DNA of 64,000 nucleotides from Eutreptiella sp. 'Long Island Sound 2002'. Lineage: Eukaryota; Protista; Euglenida. The notes under the pieces were generated by a model. It saw only the letters and a program-made list of their open reading frames with translations, was not told the origin of the DNA and made no database searches. The position numbers and the translations under genes are program-made. This document shows positions 43,905 to 58,560 of this stretch, piece after piece. Position 1 is the stretch's first letter, and each line of letters opens with the position of its first letter. The stretch is from positions 88,970,001 to 89,034,000 of the forward strand of contig OZ038378.1 in NCBI GenBank assembly GCA_964036045.1. Direction: 5' to 3'.

Positions 43905-46900
43905 GCCACCTGATCAACCCCCTGCTCTGTCAATCACAGGCGTTTTGAGCACTTGTACACACTGCTGTGGGGCTTCATGAGGATCTGTCCTAATCAAATT
44001 ATCTGGTTCACCCCACACCATCTCGCTTATTTCCTGTGACAGGAGGTGGTATGTGCTCAGGCTTTGGATCTATGGTGCAACTCAGTCTTCCTCTCCCATC
44101 AAGGGAGTGGGGCTAACACAATGTGCTACATAACAGCTGAACGTCCCTGAACTCAGTCTACCCCTCTGCAGTCAGAGGGTAGGTCAGTTGGACTGCTAGG
44201 TGCATCTCAGATGATTCCTCTGAAGCTCTTGCACACAGTCGTGCACTACACAGTGTCTCACTGTTGCTGGGCAGATCTCAACATTCTGAGCACTGGTTGT
44301 GCATGATGGTGCGGGGGTCAATGAGGATCTTGGTTACACATTGATGCAGTCATTCTTGCTGCTTCTGGTTACTTAAGGACTGCGTCCCTCACTATTTTCC
44401 TATGCTTTGTGGACTTCAATCACTGAGGTGCTGTCGCAATGTACATTTCAGTCAGCTGCAGGGAATAGTGCATTTACTCAATTTTGATGTGCCAGCGGTG
44501 ACAGACGTGGCACGCTTCCCAATTTGCCACGAGCGTCCTTTGTGAAACGTCTATTGACAGAATCTGCTTCCATACCATGCACCACTCCGCAACCTCTAAC
44601 CTGGGTTTATCCAGGACCCGGTAGGGCCAGCACCACCATCACCACCACTTGTATCTGAGGCTGACTCAGTAGGACTCAGCCTCACACAACACAACTGTCT
44701 GATGCGCCAGTGGGGATTTTTTTGTGGCCCTGGGGGTTGCCCAAATTCCTGTGGTCCCCCGTTTGTCTGGTTGCAATGTAGACCAGAGTGGGCCATTGTT
44801 TTGACCTCTGCGTTCCATTCAGGGCTATTTCATCCCGTTCCGGGGGTTTGCATCTCCTTTTTGGTGTGTTTGCCTCAGGGAGGGCTGTAGGCCTCATTAA
44901 GGGCTCTGTGCTGTTGCAGGGCCTGCGTGCCCATGCAAGGGGCTGATCCCCCCCTTCAGTGTGCAAGAATGATCCATAGTTGTGCTGACATTGCTGCAGG
45001 ATCTAAGGTTCAGCCCTGGACTGTCAGCTTGAAATTCTGTTGCCCCAAGGCCCGTTCCAGGTTGTGGTGTGTGCTCTGTGCTCTATCTGCCTGATTTGCA
45101 TTCCGGTTGCCCCTTCGCAGAGCGGGATGCTGTTCCAGTGCGTGATGCATCATTCATGCATTCCTTTGGAATCCTTATCAAGGATTCGGTTTCTACACTT
45201 GTGCTCAAAGATTTATTGTTGTGCATTACCTGGGGCAAGGCATCAGTGAAACTGTTTATTGAGTTCATCACAAAAAATCACCATGTCTGCAGGTCACTTT
45301 TTTTTGTTTGGTCTGCAGCTGGTTCTCTGTATGTTCATAGTGTTGATAGGCGCGTTCAGGGGGCGTGACTCATTAAAAGCCCGTGTGCTCTTTCCAGATC
45401 CCCAGTCTGGGGTCTGCTATCAGCCCTTACATGACACTTCTGCCAGTCAATAAAATCTGTACTTGATTGGGCATCTGAGGTTCACATCTCTCCTCTGGGT
45501 TCAAAACAAATTGTAGATAATCCTCCTGCCCTGAATATTTTGGATCTGCATTCAATCAGACTGGCCTGGGCTGGCCTTTACAGGGCCTCCAGGGTCAGGA
45601 AATGACTGCAGCTGCTACTCTGTTCGTCATCCAAACCTTTCCTCTGACTGCTTGGGGTGGGTCTGGAAATCTGTAGGCCAAAGTGTCAGGGTTTGAGCCA
45701 GGCCAACCAGATGTAATGTTTCACGATTTTTTGCATGGAATTTGAAAGGCACCAGCTGAGACATAAAGCATATGGAGTGCAAGGGCTGTCCGCATGAAGC
45801 GGCAGGGCAGCAGCAACAAGGAGGACAGAAGATTTTTCTCTGCCTGCAAGCACTCATTCTCACAAAGCATGAAGGGCAGCAAAGAAGGCCCGAAACAACT
45901 TCGACAACTGAAAGCCTTTGCTATACCTAACTAGCCTAAGACTCTGCTGTGCTCTGCTGTCTCCAGTCATATTGGAGTTGAGAGTTCTGACAAGGTGGAG
46001 GTCCCCAACAGCATTCATCGGCTTTGAAGGCCCATTGACAGGCACTGTGTTGAGCCAGGTCCCAACAAGATCGAAGGGACATCTTCACCTCACCCCCTGC
46101 CCTCTGAATTGGTGCTGGGGGCTACATGAAAACACATTTGCCAAAAGCTGGCCTTCCAGGTCAACCCTGTGCAGCCTCCTCCTTTTTTTTTGTTTTTGGC
46201 TTCATGGTGACCTGGGGTAGTGTGCAGTACGTTAAATGTGCACAGTCACCCATGTGGGTTTGTTGTGGTGGCAGTGTCAGCAGTTAGTTACTTCCTGCAT
46301 GCCGGTTCTGAATACTGGGTGTCGTGCAACGTTCTTTGCGGATGACCTGATTGTGGTGCGTGTCAAAAGACCCCCTGTTTTAACCAAAAAAAACCCCATT
46401 TCCTACCCCCCACCCCATTTGCCCAAAAAACCCCGAGGAGGTTGTTTTCCTTTTGGGAAGGTTTGGAGATTTTTGGCAAATTTGCGGGCTTTTTTGTAAT
46501 TTTTTTTGGTTTTTTTTGGAAGATTTGGGGAGCAACATGGTAAGATCTGGGTTTTTTTTGGTAAGAACCGGGGTTGTTTTGGTAAACCCGTTTCAAACGC
46601 CGGATTTTGGCCACAAACCTGAAACCCACAAATTCCCCACAAAGTTGTGTGGCCCCTCGAGTTGGGGATATGGACTCCCACACTTTGGTGTGGCCTCGCC
46701 CTGAGGGGTCGCATGTGGATATGGTTAACACTACCGATGTCCCACTTTGTGATTCCAAGATCTATACAACAGCAAGAGTGCATCGGGTTGTTTTGTTGTG
46801 GTTCGTGCATAATGGGGTTGTGGTACCCTTGTCTTGTTTTATTTGAGTCTTATGGGTTGTTTAGACACCCTTCGGAAGTGTCTCAGACAGAGGCACGGAA

Positions 46901-49900
46901 GAAAGGGGTTGTTTGTTTTGTAGCGTTTAATTGCACCACCAAAAGGCGGTGAAAAGCGCCATTTGTATCGTGGTCGCATGGTGCGCGCGCTGTGCGAAAA
47001 GTCAGCTGTTTTTCACCACCAGTAGCCACGTGTCCCAGGTCCTGAAGTCTACACTCTATAGCCCCTGCTAGTACACCAAGGATTTTTTGTTTTAGTCTGA
47101 TGCTTGCCACGGGTCCCAGTGTCCTGAATTCTACATTCCGATGCTGTTGTGAATGGATCATGCACGCTCCCGTAGGTGGATGGGTTGCAGGGGTGTCCCC
47201 GGGATAAACAACGTAATAATTGGTGTTGTGCGTGCGCTGTGTCCACACTGTGCACGTGCTATGCGAAAACGCCCCCTGTGGATGTGCTGTGCATTTGGGA
47301 TGCTGACCGCGAGGTCAAAACCCACGGCTGTGGTGATGTACATGCATCCGAGTTTGCTGCATGGGCTGCTGTAATGAACAAGGATAGTGCCCGCTCCACC
47401 GCCAAGGATGCACCGCAACCCCTTTTTGTTGGGGAGGTTTCTTGTAAAAAGGATGAGGATGTGACCTCTGCTTCTGTGTTTGGGAGGAAGTAGTTCCTGT
47501 TGGCTATGGTGGTAGGCTGAAGTCCGACCAAGAGACATGGGATGATATGGAGAAGATTTGCAATTTTTGCACGTGCAAGGAGATTGTGGCTTGCATGTCC
47601 GATCTAGTGAGAGGCAAAGCAGAGGCAAAGGCTTCTGTAGACAAGATGAAAGAGCATGTGGTTTTTGTCCGTGTGTTTGCTATTTGGTTGTATTGGTCAT
47701 GAGTGCACGGAGGTCCCCTTCGCGACAAATAACCCATATTTTGCTGACCAGTCAGCGATTTTGACACGTTACTGCACTTTTTTCCATTTTTTCCCGCCTG
47801 TTTCAGGTGCACTCTTTCTGTCATAATATAACACATTGGTGTCGTGCAGTACGGGTACACTAAGTGCCTGGAAACAAGGGATCCACCGGTGTGCATACAC
47901 CTACGTCCATACAACAACAATTGCTCGATGAGTTTGATCTATGTGGATGTCTCTCATGCGTTACGGGGTCTTCTGTTCGTTTGGCTGGAGGCTGTGGGAG
48001 GGTCGTCCAAACCGTTGGGTGGTGCAGGAGTTTTTTTGGTGAGGTATAGGGGTTTTTTTTTTATAAGAGATGGGGGTTTTGGTTTTTTTTGTTAAAAGGG
48101 GTTTTATTTTGGTAAGAATGGGTGGTTTTTTTTGGTTAGACATGGGTTAGTTTGGTTCGAATTGGAAGTTTTCTTGGGAAACTTTGTTGTCTTTTGGGGG
48201 TTTTTTCGGGGGGGGGGTTGATTTTAATTTGGGGTTTTTTGGTCAAAACGGGTTTTTTTTTTGGCACAAAGCGGGCTTTCTTGGTAGGTCGGGGGGTATT
48301 TTCGTGAAAATGTGGTTTTTTTTTTGGTACATCATGGCGGGTTTTTTGTACGTACCATGGCCTGATTGTGCCATGTCTTTTGGCTGTTGCTGTGTGCTCT
48401 GTTGTGCAGTGCTCTGTACCGTGTTGCGAGGCTTCGCACACTGTGATTTGAGAGGGTGCAGTGATGCAAGTTGGTGCATTTTGTTTGTGTTGTTGTTGTT
48501 GTTTTTGCTGCTGCTGCTGCTGTTGTTTGTGCAGTGTAGTGTTGCCACAGCAGCTGCATCATGCTGTGTATCTGTCGCTCTGGATCTGCTCATTTATTGT
48601 CTGCATCTGTATTCAGAAAGGATCATTGGGTTTGATAGCATCCATGACTGCAGCATTTTCAAGGTGTGTTACCTACATGTGCACATTGGGTACCAAAAAT
48701 CTTCACTGTGCAGGAGATTATTTCTTCTGCTGTTCCTGGGAGTAATGGTGCTTAGGGGCAGTGATATTGAGCCCTCTGCAGGTTGCCCCATTCCATGTCA
48801 GTCTGGTGCTATAATTCAGCAACGGAGCATTCCCAGTGATACAAAGACACCGCTGGAAGAGGACACACCAATTGTGCTGTGCATCGAATTCTCCCTCGTG
48901 CATGTAGCCGCATTGTAGATCAAAGTGCAAAGAGGGTGCTGACCGCGCGGTGCGCACGGTGCGGTGCGCGGTGTGGCGTCAGCCCGGCGCGCACAATACG
49001 TGCTCACACCAAAAGTTGCTGAAACGTGTGTATGCAATCGTTGGGTGATGCTATTGGTGTGCATGGGTAAAGCACGCTTTGGGGGCATTATCTGCGGAGA
49101 AGTGGTGATGATGCATGCACAAAAGTTCCCCATTTCAATGTATTTTCTGTGCGTCCCTGCCTACCTTCTGAAAGGCTGTACATTGCACTAAAGCGTTGCA
49201 TCCTCTGACGTGTGCGGTGCGCACAGTGCGCGGTGCAGTGCGCGGTGCGTTTCAGCACCCTCAAATTTTTGTGTGCAAAAGACCATGCCCACATTAGTGA
49301 TTGTCCATAAATGAGGGGACATTATTGGAATAACTATGTTCTGCATGGCGCAATCAGTTCATGCAGATCTATGGCAGCTGTGAAACATTTGTGTGCAGTA
49401 AGTAGGATACAAGGACTCTCGTAGGACCAGGCGTAATGCTGAATTATTGATTTTCCGCCTAGGTTTTCCTGTTGACGTGGGGCAGTTTTCTTTGCATTTT
49501 TCACGCTTTTTTTGGGGGGGGGTGGTTTGATAGCAGTGCAACAATTCCGTCCCCCCCTCACTCAAGATTTTGCAATTTCGTGCATCTTTTTTATTTTCCA
49601 ATATGCGGAATCATTTGATGGGGCGGGTCCGTATGCGAATGTAACCTCTTGTGAGTGTATGTTTTGTTTCATTGCTTGCCCGGCCTGCGCCTTTAAAATT
49701 TGACGCGGCTACACGTCGCTTGTCGTTGATGGAATAAGGGTCTTGGAGTTTTTTTCTAAGCAAGCCCCGTAGAAGCATGTGTGTATTTCGAGATGCAAGG
49801 AGTACAAGTCTAATACACCCAAGCAAGAAATAATCACATCACGGATGCAGTGAAAGTATATTGGGAAGCAGTTGCATAAGGCCAACATCAGCCTTGCATT

Positions 49901-51899
49901 ATGGCTGAAGCTCAGAGATTAGAGACTGATGGTAGGGGAGAAAAAACCCCCAGTTAGGGGTTTCTCTAAATACGGATTTTTTTCACCCAAGCTGGGGGGT
50001 TTTGGGGGAGTTTCTTCCGCCCATTTTTGGGGTGTTTTAGCACCACCTCTGGCGGTGTTGCCCCAGGGGTTTTTTTTGCACTTTCGAGGGTGTTTTTTCT
50101 CCTGTTTTTTTCTGGGTTTTTTCTTCCTGTTCTGGGTTTCTTTTTCTCCCAATTGGGGTTTTTGTTTCTTTTTTTTGCCAGTTCATACCAAAAAAAACCC
50201 GCTTTTACCGGGAGTGCCACCGCACCGAGGCAATCTCTTTAGACCCACCACTCTCGCAAGATGTCCTCTCTGTGTGTTTTGTGGTACAATTCAGAATGGA
50301 TGTGGTTCTATCCCCCCGTACGTTGGGCTGGGGGGTTGTCACTCTACAGTGGGGGGCGGGGGGGTATGGCCCATCTCTTTGTGAACCAGAAATCACGGTG
50401 CCTGCCCCATTTCTATTTCCGATCTGCAGGTAGGAGAGGTGATGCACAAAACTACACCCAGGGTCCCAAATTCTGCACCCTTGGCCTTTAGCTTCCCAAT
50501 CACTCCAACCTGTCATCCCAATTCTATAAAAAAAACAAGGCGTTCGGCATATAGGTAATAAACGGCTCCCAAAAGTATGCACGATGCGCGCGCGGTGAAT
50601 GCACAGATCAGGCAACACCCCCTAAAATTGGAACACACATACAGAGAGCAGTGTGAAGCAAAACACAGAATGTTCTGAAAGGGGTAAAAGTTGGGTGAAC
50701 ATACCACAAACATTGAACCGTGTGTGCACTATGTGGCAATTATTGTTTTGTATGCATGCACACATGAAACTGCGTAGACTCTAACTTGTACATGGTGCAT
50801 TGCATAGTGGGTGACCAGCCCCAGCATTAGAGCCAATGTCTGACTGTTGTAAAGTAGGGTACTCAGACTCTTTGGCCAGAGCCCATGTGCCCAATTTCAT
50901 GTGCATAGCGAACAATGGTCTTTTGCCACTAGGCAACCTATGCAGAGTGTGCATTTGAAAGGATCATAGGTAATGCCTGAATAATGCAACCTTTTGTTGA
51001 CAAACCAATCAAAAATCAGCAGTATTGTGTTGGAGGGTAATGTGGGTGACTGGGCTGGGTATTATTTTATAGATGCGGTTACGGCTCAGAGTCCGGGACG
51101 TCCTTTCTGGTCCTAGCTTCAACTCGAAACGGGGTTGGGATGAGAGGGCTAACAAGAAAGTTGTAACAGAAGCTCTAGACTGGGGTCTGGGATGTGTTTT
51201 CAGGAGGATTTCTGGATGAACTTGCTTTGGGGATAGGGCATGGGATGGCGTAGGAGCATAGGGTGACCCCGTTAGAGATTCATAGATGTGGTGGGGCGTC
51301 GGGGTTTGGGGCAAGCTTTCAAAAGTGGGCTTAGCTCCAGCTGGAAAGAGGGTTGGGATAAGAGGTATGCATGACAAGTGTTTGCGATGTGCTGCGAGAA
51401 GGGTTTGCACATTGATTTTTCATTTTGACATAGGCATAGCCATAACACAATGCCTTTTGTGCCAAGGTAGCCATTATGTTATTCGGAGTGCTGCACTACT
51501 TTTGGCGCAGGAGCATGCGGTGAATGTTACTGCTAGCCTGCCCATTGCAAGCATATGTAGTGGCTGCATTGAACAATTTGCACACATAGCCTCCATGCAC
51601 AATAACAGCTAGTAATTGCACAAACAAGCTCTCTGGGCTGCTGAAGATGTTGATGGGCGCCGGTGCGGGCACCACGTTGAGAAAAAGAAAGGGAGAGGCA
51701 GAGGTAGACCGAAGCAAGGGGACATGTGCAGGCTGTTTTTGTTGACCTCAGTGCAGTGGACCAATTTTTTTGTGGCACAACTTTGCCACCTTTTGACAGA
51801 CTTTGGAGACTCTGAAACCGGACCAAATGGTCGTAAACAAAGGTCGCACTGGTAGAGGCAGCAACATGGCTGAACATAGCAGACATAGTAATGATAAAA

Positions 51900-54800
51900 G
51901 ACTGGTAGGGAAGGGCCAGGGCGCGAGCAGCAGCGGAGGGGGGCAGGCGCACGGGAAAGGCTAAGGCGCAGTCGGCAGCAGGGGAGGATAGGGGCACGGG
52001 AAAGGCAAGGGCACGGGCGGAAGCGGAGGGGATACGGGGCACGGTAAGGGACATGGGAAGGGTAGAAGGCGGGAGAAGGCGCGCAGGAGCCAGGGGCAAG
52101 GGGCAGGGAGGGGTCCGGGGGCAAGGAGGGGGGGGGGGGGCGGGCCCCCGCAAGCAAGGAGGGCGGGGCCTAGGAGCGGGAGGGGAAAGGAAGGGCAAGG
52201 GGCACCACCTACAAGGGAAGGGGGGCGGGGAGGACCCGCACCCGGAGGTCCAGGCCGTGCGGTGCGGAACCCCCCGGCATCTGGCAGATGCCGGCACACC
52301 ACGCGAACCACCACCACCCCTGCCCAGCTACAACATCGACCCCGATTTGGGGGCCCCGATTCCCGCCCAGCCCCCCCCAGCTGCCCCGTCGCCGGGCCCC
52401 CTCACACGGCGACGTCCCGCACGACCCCGCCCACGCGGTGGGGGATGCCGCGGGCGGAGCCGGCACGGCTGGCCGCCGCCGCGACGGCGCGGGGGCCCAG
52501 CGCGGAACCGGCGCAGATGGCCGCCGCCCCGGTGGCGCAGGAGCCACGGGCAGAGCCCGCATGGAGGGCAGTGGAGGCTCCGCTCCCCGCCAAGGCCCGG
52601 AGCGACTGGGTGCGGGAGGGGAACGCGGTCCCGGACCCCCCGGGGGGCGAGACCCTCCCCCTGGTGCTGGAGGTGTACGGCCGGCTGAAGCGGGCCACCT
52701 CCGGGTACCTGAGGAACCGGCCTTTCGATGCTGTGCTCCTCCGGCGGGACCGGGGGAGCCGGAAGGTACCCCCACGGGGTTGGGTTGCCCAGGGGGACCA
52801 CGAAAGGGTCCTCCGGGCCGTCATTCCGGCGGGATGGCCCGACCGGGAGCTGGGGTGGCCGGCTTTTCTGGAGGGGGGGGCAGTACTCCGCGTCACGGAG
52901 GCAAAGGCCGATGTCTGGCTGCCCCGGGCCTTGCACGCCGCGCTCATCCACTGGCGCTACCGCCCGACGAACCCGCCGCCGCCGCGACCCGAGCCCCCAC
53001 AAAAGCGGACGCGCCGGTGACGGCGGGACCAACGGGCGATGGCGCCAGTGGCCGTGTGGGGGGCCGGTGACGGCCGGCCGGGAGTCTGCCCGCGGAGGTG
53101 GCCCGGCGTCCAGTGGACCGAACCCCGGATGGCGAACGCGAAAGAGGGGGGAGGGCAAAGGCCAACAACCCGGGGTGCTCCCCCCAGCAGGCAACGACCC
53201 CTAGCACAGCCCCCCCCCCCCCCAGCTGTCTGCACGCCAAGACACCCGTGAGAGATGCGCCCCGGCTGGACCGTTTGGGCGTGGTGGGCCACAGCGACCG
53301 CAAACACCCAGGCACCGGTTGGTTGTGTCACGCGCCGGCGGCTCGCAACGCATTGGCGCGCACGCCAACGGGGTCCCCTTCTGACCCGCTGACCAGTAAC
53401 CCCCGGACCCGAAAAACCATGAGCCCCGGGCGACGGCGGGGCGGCCCGGGCCGCCGCCCCGAGCGCCAACGAACACCAAGTCGCCGCAGCCGGAGAATTC
53501 GCGGGACCCCCCCGGCAGCCGAGGACGGTTGGGGCACGCCAAACCACCCTGCCACGTCCCCCCCCCCCCCGCGACACCACGATGCACCGGCCGGGGAGGC
53601 AAGCGGGGCCCCTCCCCCCCCAGCGAGCCGTGACCCTCCGAGCCCGGGCACACACAACCCCCCCCCCTACCTCCCACACACCAGTGGACAGGGCGGCATG
53701 ACACCCCTCCTGAGAAGTGACCCCTGGCCCGGGCCAGCGGCGCAGGTGACACAGGGACGGTGCTGGCTCGGCGCCCGGTGGCCCGGATCCCGGATGGCAA
53801 ACGCAGAAGGAAAGGGGAGGGGGGGCACAAGTCAGCGACCCAAGGTGCTTGCTCCGGCGGGCAACGACCCGCAGGGCCTGAGCACACATCCGCCCCCCCC
53901 CCCCCGGGGAGCCCGCACGCCAGGGCAAGCGGAGGGGAGGCGCCCCGAACTGGCCGTCGCGTGCCGTGGCGGCTGCGGGCACGCGAGAGCGGCCGCCGCC
54001 GGAAGTGGCGCGCGCGGCGACGGAGACTGACCCGCTGACCACTCACCCCCTGAACCGCACTCAGCGCCCACAAACACCAGCCTGCGCCTGGCGGAAGATC
54101 CCGCGGGGCCTCCCGGCAACCGGCAGCCGGGCAAGTCGCGACGTGGGGCACGCAGGGCCGCCCTGCCGCGCCCCCCCCCCCACGCCGCCAGCGAACGGGG
54201 CGGCGCCCCCCCCCCCGCCTGGCGAGCCATAACCCTACAGGCCCGGGCACCCCCCCCCCCTGCCCTGCCGCTCACGCCAAGGGCACACAAGGGGCATGGG
54301 GGAGGACACCCCCCTGAGCTATGACGCCCGGCCGAGGCCGGTGTGCCGGTGCCGCATGACCCGGGCGACCCCCCAACCCCGACCCTCAAGCACAGCACCC
54401 GGAACGCCGACCCCCAGCATCAGCCGCCGCCACACGAGCGGCACAGCCGAGAACCGCACCAGGGGGCCGGTGAGGGGCGGGGGGACCGCACTACCCTGGC
54501 ACGCCCCCCCCCCAACCCGCTGCGGACCGGCAGGAGGGGGCGACCCTCCGGGGACCCCCCCGTAGTTTAGGCCCCGTGGACCCCCTTTGCCAGGTCGGGA
54601 GGCTGCCCCTTCCTCCTCCCCCCCGAGCGCTACGCCAGGCAAACAGCCGTGTCCACGGGCCACGCGCCCCCTGGCCGTCACCCCCCCGCCTCCCCCCTAA
54701 CCCCCGCAAGCCGCAACACGCACACATGCAGGCCGGTTACGGGCCCCCCTGGAAGGTTAGCGGAGCCCGAAGCCCGCCCGCTTGGCGCGACGGTCGCCCG

Positions 54801-55380
54801 CCGGGGCACCATGCCGCCCCGCGGCGCCCCCCTCGAGCGGCGCCCGGCTGGAAGCACAAGGACACGAACCGCAGCAGTATGGAGACCGCACCCTCCATGA
54901 CCTGAGCAACATCGACGAAGCCAGCCTTGGTGCCGGACCACGGGAGGCAGAGGGACGAACGAGAGGTTCCCCACCCCCCATCTCCGATGCCCCCCAAACC
55001 GATCCGGACCCTACCGCACCCCCGGGGGAGGTGCAGCGGAGGCCGCCCCCCCCCCCGAGCGGCCTCCCCCCCCCACGCCCCTCTAGGCGCTGAACCGCCC
55101 CGGGCACGCAGGCCCGCCCCCACGGGGACCCAGTGCCAGGCGGGGGGGAACGGGAGCCGGGCCGCCCCCCCCCTGCCGATCTACAAAGGCGGAGCACGGG
55201 ACCGGGGCAGCAAACGCGGAAGGGCAAGAACCGCATTGAACGGCCCTACCGGCACCCTGCGCAGGTACTGCGCGCGGTTCGCGCGCCACACCGGTCAGGG
55301 GGGGGGGGGGGCGTGAACACCGCGGGTGCACGAGCGCACACGCACACAACGGTCACGCGGCGCGGACCCGAAGGGCAACC
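51900..55380 (+). mobile_element. GC-rich element of unknown class with a plausible coding remnant (52262-53020) and an internal ~650-bp duplication
   Basis: Sharp GC and CpG rise. ORF segment LPLVLEVYGRLKRATSGYLRNRPFDAVLL..WLPRALHAALIHWRY. ggatggc.aacgc..aag and ccgctgacca recur near 53130/53785 and 53385/54030. Confidence 0.35.
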
Positions 55381-56979
55381 GGACCCAGCCCGCGGAACAA
55401 CTAATTCTCTGGCTTCGCTAGGGTGGCGACTACCCACAAGCTGGGAGGGTTCCTGTTATACCCACAAGCTAGGAGGGTTCCTTCGCAGCACCCTAACGTA
55501 CTAGACCCGACTTCCCGCAAAATCTGTTAGATGAGGTTTGGACTTGGGTATTAAGTCCAAGTGCCTCGTGCACGTCTGCACCGAACCCAACTCTCACAGG
55601 GTGCACTGCCACCTACAGCGCTACACGCTCATTGGTGCTTTTTCCTGCAGGTTATTAGTTGGTCTTGCCTCTCCCCACCTCCCTTAGATCCTCTGACCTT
55701 TTTGTGGGGAGGCCTTTCGACACAGTTTTTCACACTTCCTAGGATTGGGTACCTAGGCTGGAAACTTGGTTGGGGTCCTCAAAGCAATAACCAGTTTCCT
55801 CCCTGGGAGGAGTCCAAACAGGAGCCTCAGCACTTGGCATAAGGCTAAGTCGGTTAAATTCTGAACCTCAGCTGTAGGCTGAAGACCTCTCTTTTTTTCT
55901 CTTAGGGTCATTGTGACCATAGTTGCTCTAGTGCAACTTATGGTGTTTGTAGGTGTGAGGAGGGTTTCCCAGACCCCCCCCTCCACCCAAAAGAAAAGGT
56001 GGTTCATTTTTTGTGCAGACAGGCAAAACGAAACGAACAGCTTGCAACCCTCAAATGGAAGCCGAGTCACCATACTGACCCTTGCATCATAGAGCATGGC
56101 CAAGGCAGGGTACTATTTCAACCCTCCGTACCACCAAAGGATACCATGTCACCCTGCACACCTGCCAAGGGCCCAGGCAACACACAAAGCAACCAAAAGA
56201 GGAAAAGCAACTCGTACGAAAGTAGACAAGTCCCAGTAAACACACTGGGTGCCAGGTGCGCGATGTGTGGGCGTGGGTGGTACCCGACCAAACACATATA
56301 CAATTCTAACCATGAGACCCATTTTTGACACAAAATCTGTGTCAAGCTCCAAAGGGAGGACAATGCGAACCGATTCGACGCGTAGAGAGCCAAAACGTCT
56401 CGACAGACGTCGACTCAACCAAAAAGTAACCGAGATTAGACCACCGAACAAGCCCTCGCACCTGCCCCCCAGGCAGGCGTAGAGGCCAACACCCAACCTG
56501 CCAAAAGAAGGCATTGCGGCCCAGGATGACTGGCAAAACAGGTTTCGTAAGCTCCAAACGGAGCAAAACTCGACGAACAAAACAACGAATGCGACGAAAC
56601 TCGACGAAACTCGTGTCTGCTCTGGGGCAAAAACCCCCAATAATTCAAAACAAGGCCGTTCAAGGCCATCAGTCAACTACAAGACCCTGAAAAGGCGACC
56701 GGATAGAAACAAAAGGCAAACTCACCTGGGATTTTATGAGGTCCAAAAATCCCAAAACCAGCTACAGTCAGAAATACTACTTTTTTTGTCAAAATATACC
56801 ATAAAGAGCATATTTTCTGGAGTTAGCCCCCCCCCCCCGAGCCTCCAAATGGGAAATTTTCCAGCCCCTAGATCGACAATGCAGGCTTGATTCCATCTAT
56901 AATCGGCCGTATCCGAGAAATATGACATTCACCACCTAGTTGCGAATAGCAGCTTTTGTATAGCTCAAACCATACATGT

Positions 56980-58560
56980 TTGTTTTTGGCAAGAAATACG
57001 GTTTTTTGGTGATCGCGGCTCCAAACACTCAATAACTTGCTCCAAAACCTTGCAAAACACGTTTTTCTGAGTCCACCACACTCAAAATAGGGTATGGGGC
57101 CCTACAACTGACCACTCATGCCCCAAAAATGCTGTTTTAGGCCAAAAAATTGGCATTTTTTGGGCAAAAAACGGTTTTCTGGTGATGGTGGCTCCGGAAC
57201 CCTTGATCATTTGCTCCAACACACTGCAAAACACGCTTCTTTGAGTCCGGCACCCTCAAAATAGGGTATGGGGCCCTACAACTGACCACTCAGGCTCCAA
57301 AAACACTGTTTTAGGCCAAAAAATGGCTTTTTTTGGCCATTTTTGGCCAAAAAATGCGTTTTTTTGGCGATAGCGGCCCTGAAACCCTTGATTATCTGCT
57401 CCAAAACCTTGCAAAACACTTTGTTCTGAGTCCACCACCCTGAAAATAGGGTATGGGGCCCTACAACTGACCACTCAGGCCCCAAAAACACTGTTTTGGG
57501 CTACAAAATGGCATTTTGGCCATTTTTCGGCAATCAATGCGGCTTTTTTGGTGATGGCGGCTCCGAAACACTCAATAACTCCTTCCAAAACTTGCAAAAC
57601 ACGTTTTTCTGAGTCCACTACACTCAAAATAGAGTATGGGGCCCTACAACTGACCACTCATGCCCCAAAAATGCTGTTTTAGGCCAAAAAATTTGGCATT
57701 TTTTTGGGCAAAAAAGCGGTTTTGTGGTGATGGTGGCTCCGGAACGCTTGATCATTTGCTCCAACACACTGCAAAATGCGCTTTGGTGAGTCCAGCACTC
57801 TCAAAATAGGGTATGGGGCCCTACCTGTGACCACTCAGGCCCCAAAAACACTGTTTTAGGCGAAAAAATGGCCTTTTTTTGGCTATTTCTAGCAACAAAA
57901 CGCGTTTTTTGGCCATTTTTGGACAAAAAATGCGTTTTTTTGGTGATGGCGGCCCTGAAACGCCTGATTATCTGCTCCAAAACCTTGCAAAACACTTCTC
58001 TTTGAGTCCAGCACCCTGAAAATAGGGTATGGGGCCCTACAACTGACCACTCAGTCCCCAAAAGCGCTGTTTTAGGCTACAAAATGGCATTTTTTGGCCA
58101 TTTTTGGGCAAAAAATGCGGTTTTTTTTGGTGATGGCGGCTCCAAAACACTCTATAACTTGCTCCACAACCTTGCAAAACACGTTCTCTTTGACTCCAGC
58201 ACCCTCAAAATAGGGTGGGGAGCCCTACAACTGACCACTCAGGCCCCAAACACACTGTTTTAGGCCAAAAAAGTTTTTTTTGGCCAATTTATTTTTCGGC
58301 CAAAAATGCGGTTTTTTGGTGATGGTGGCTCCGAAAAACTCGATTACTTGCTCCACAACCTTGCAAAACATGTTTTCTTTGAGTCCAGCACCCTCAAAAT
58401 AGGGTGGGGGGCCCTACAACTGACCACTCACGCCCCAAACACACTGTTTTAGGCCAAAAAAGTTTTTTTTGGCCATTTTATTTTTCGGCCAAAAATGCGG
58501 TTTTTTGGTGATGGTGGCTCCGAAAAACTCGATTACTTGCTCCAAAACCTTGCAAAACAC
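56980..58560. repeat. ~183-bp AT-rich satellite, about 8.5 copies
   Basis: Marker ggggccctac near 57096, 57270, 57455, 57638, 57815, 58031, 58217 and 58406. Confidence 0.95.

Noticed and set aside
44000-51900. Short ORFs and A/T/G-run blocks (46370-46640, 48030-48330, 49930-50210)
   Set aside because: No recognisable domains; the blocks look like decayed TE ends but no matching termini or TSDs were resolved.
57064-57075. TTTCTGAGT resembling the start of the euglenid spliced leader
   Set aside because: The match stops after 9 nt and is part of the satellite unit.
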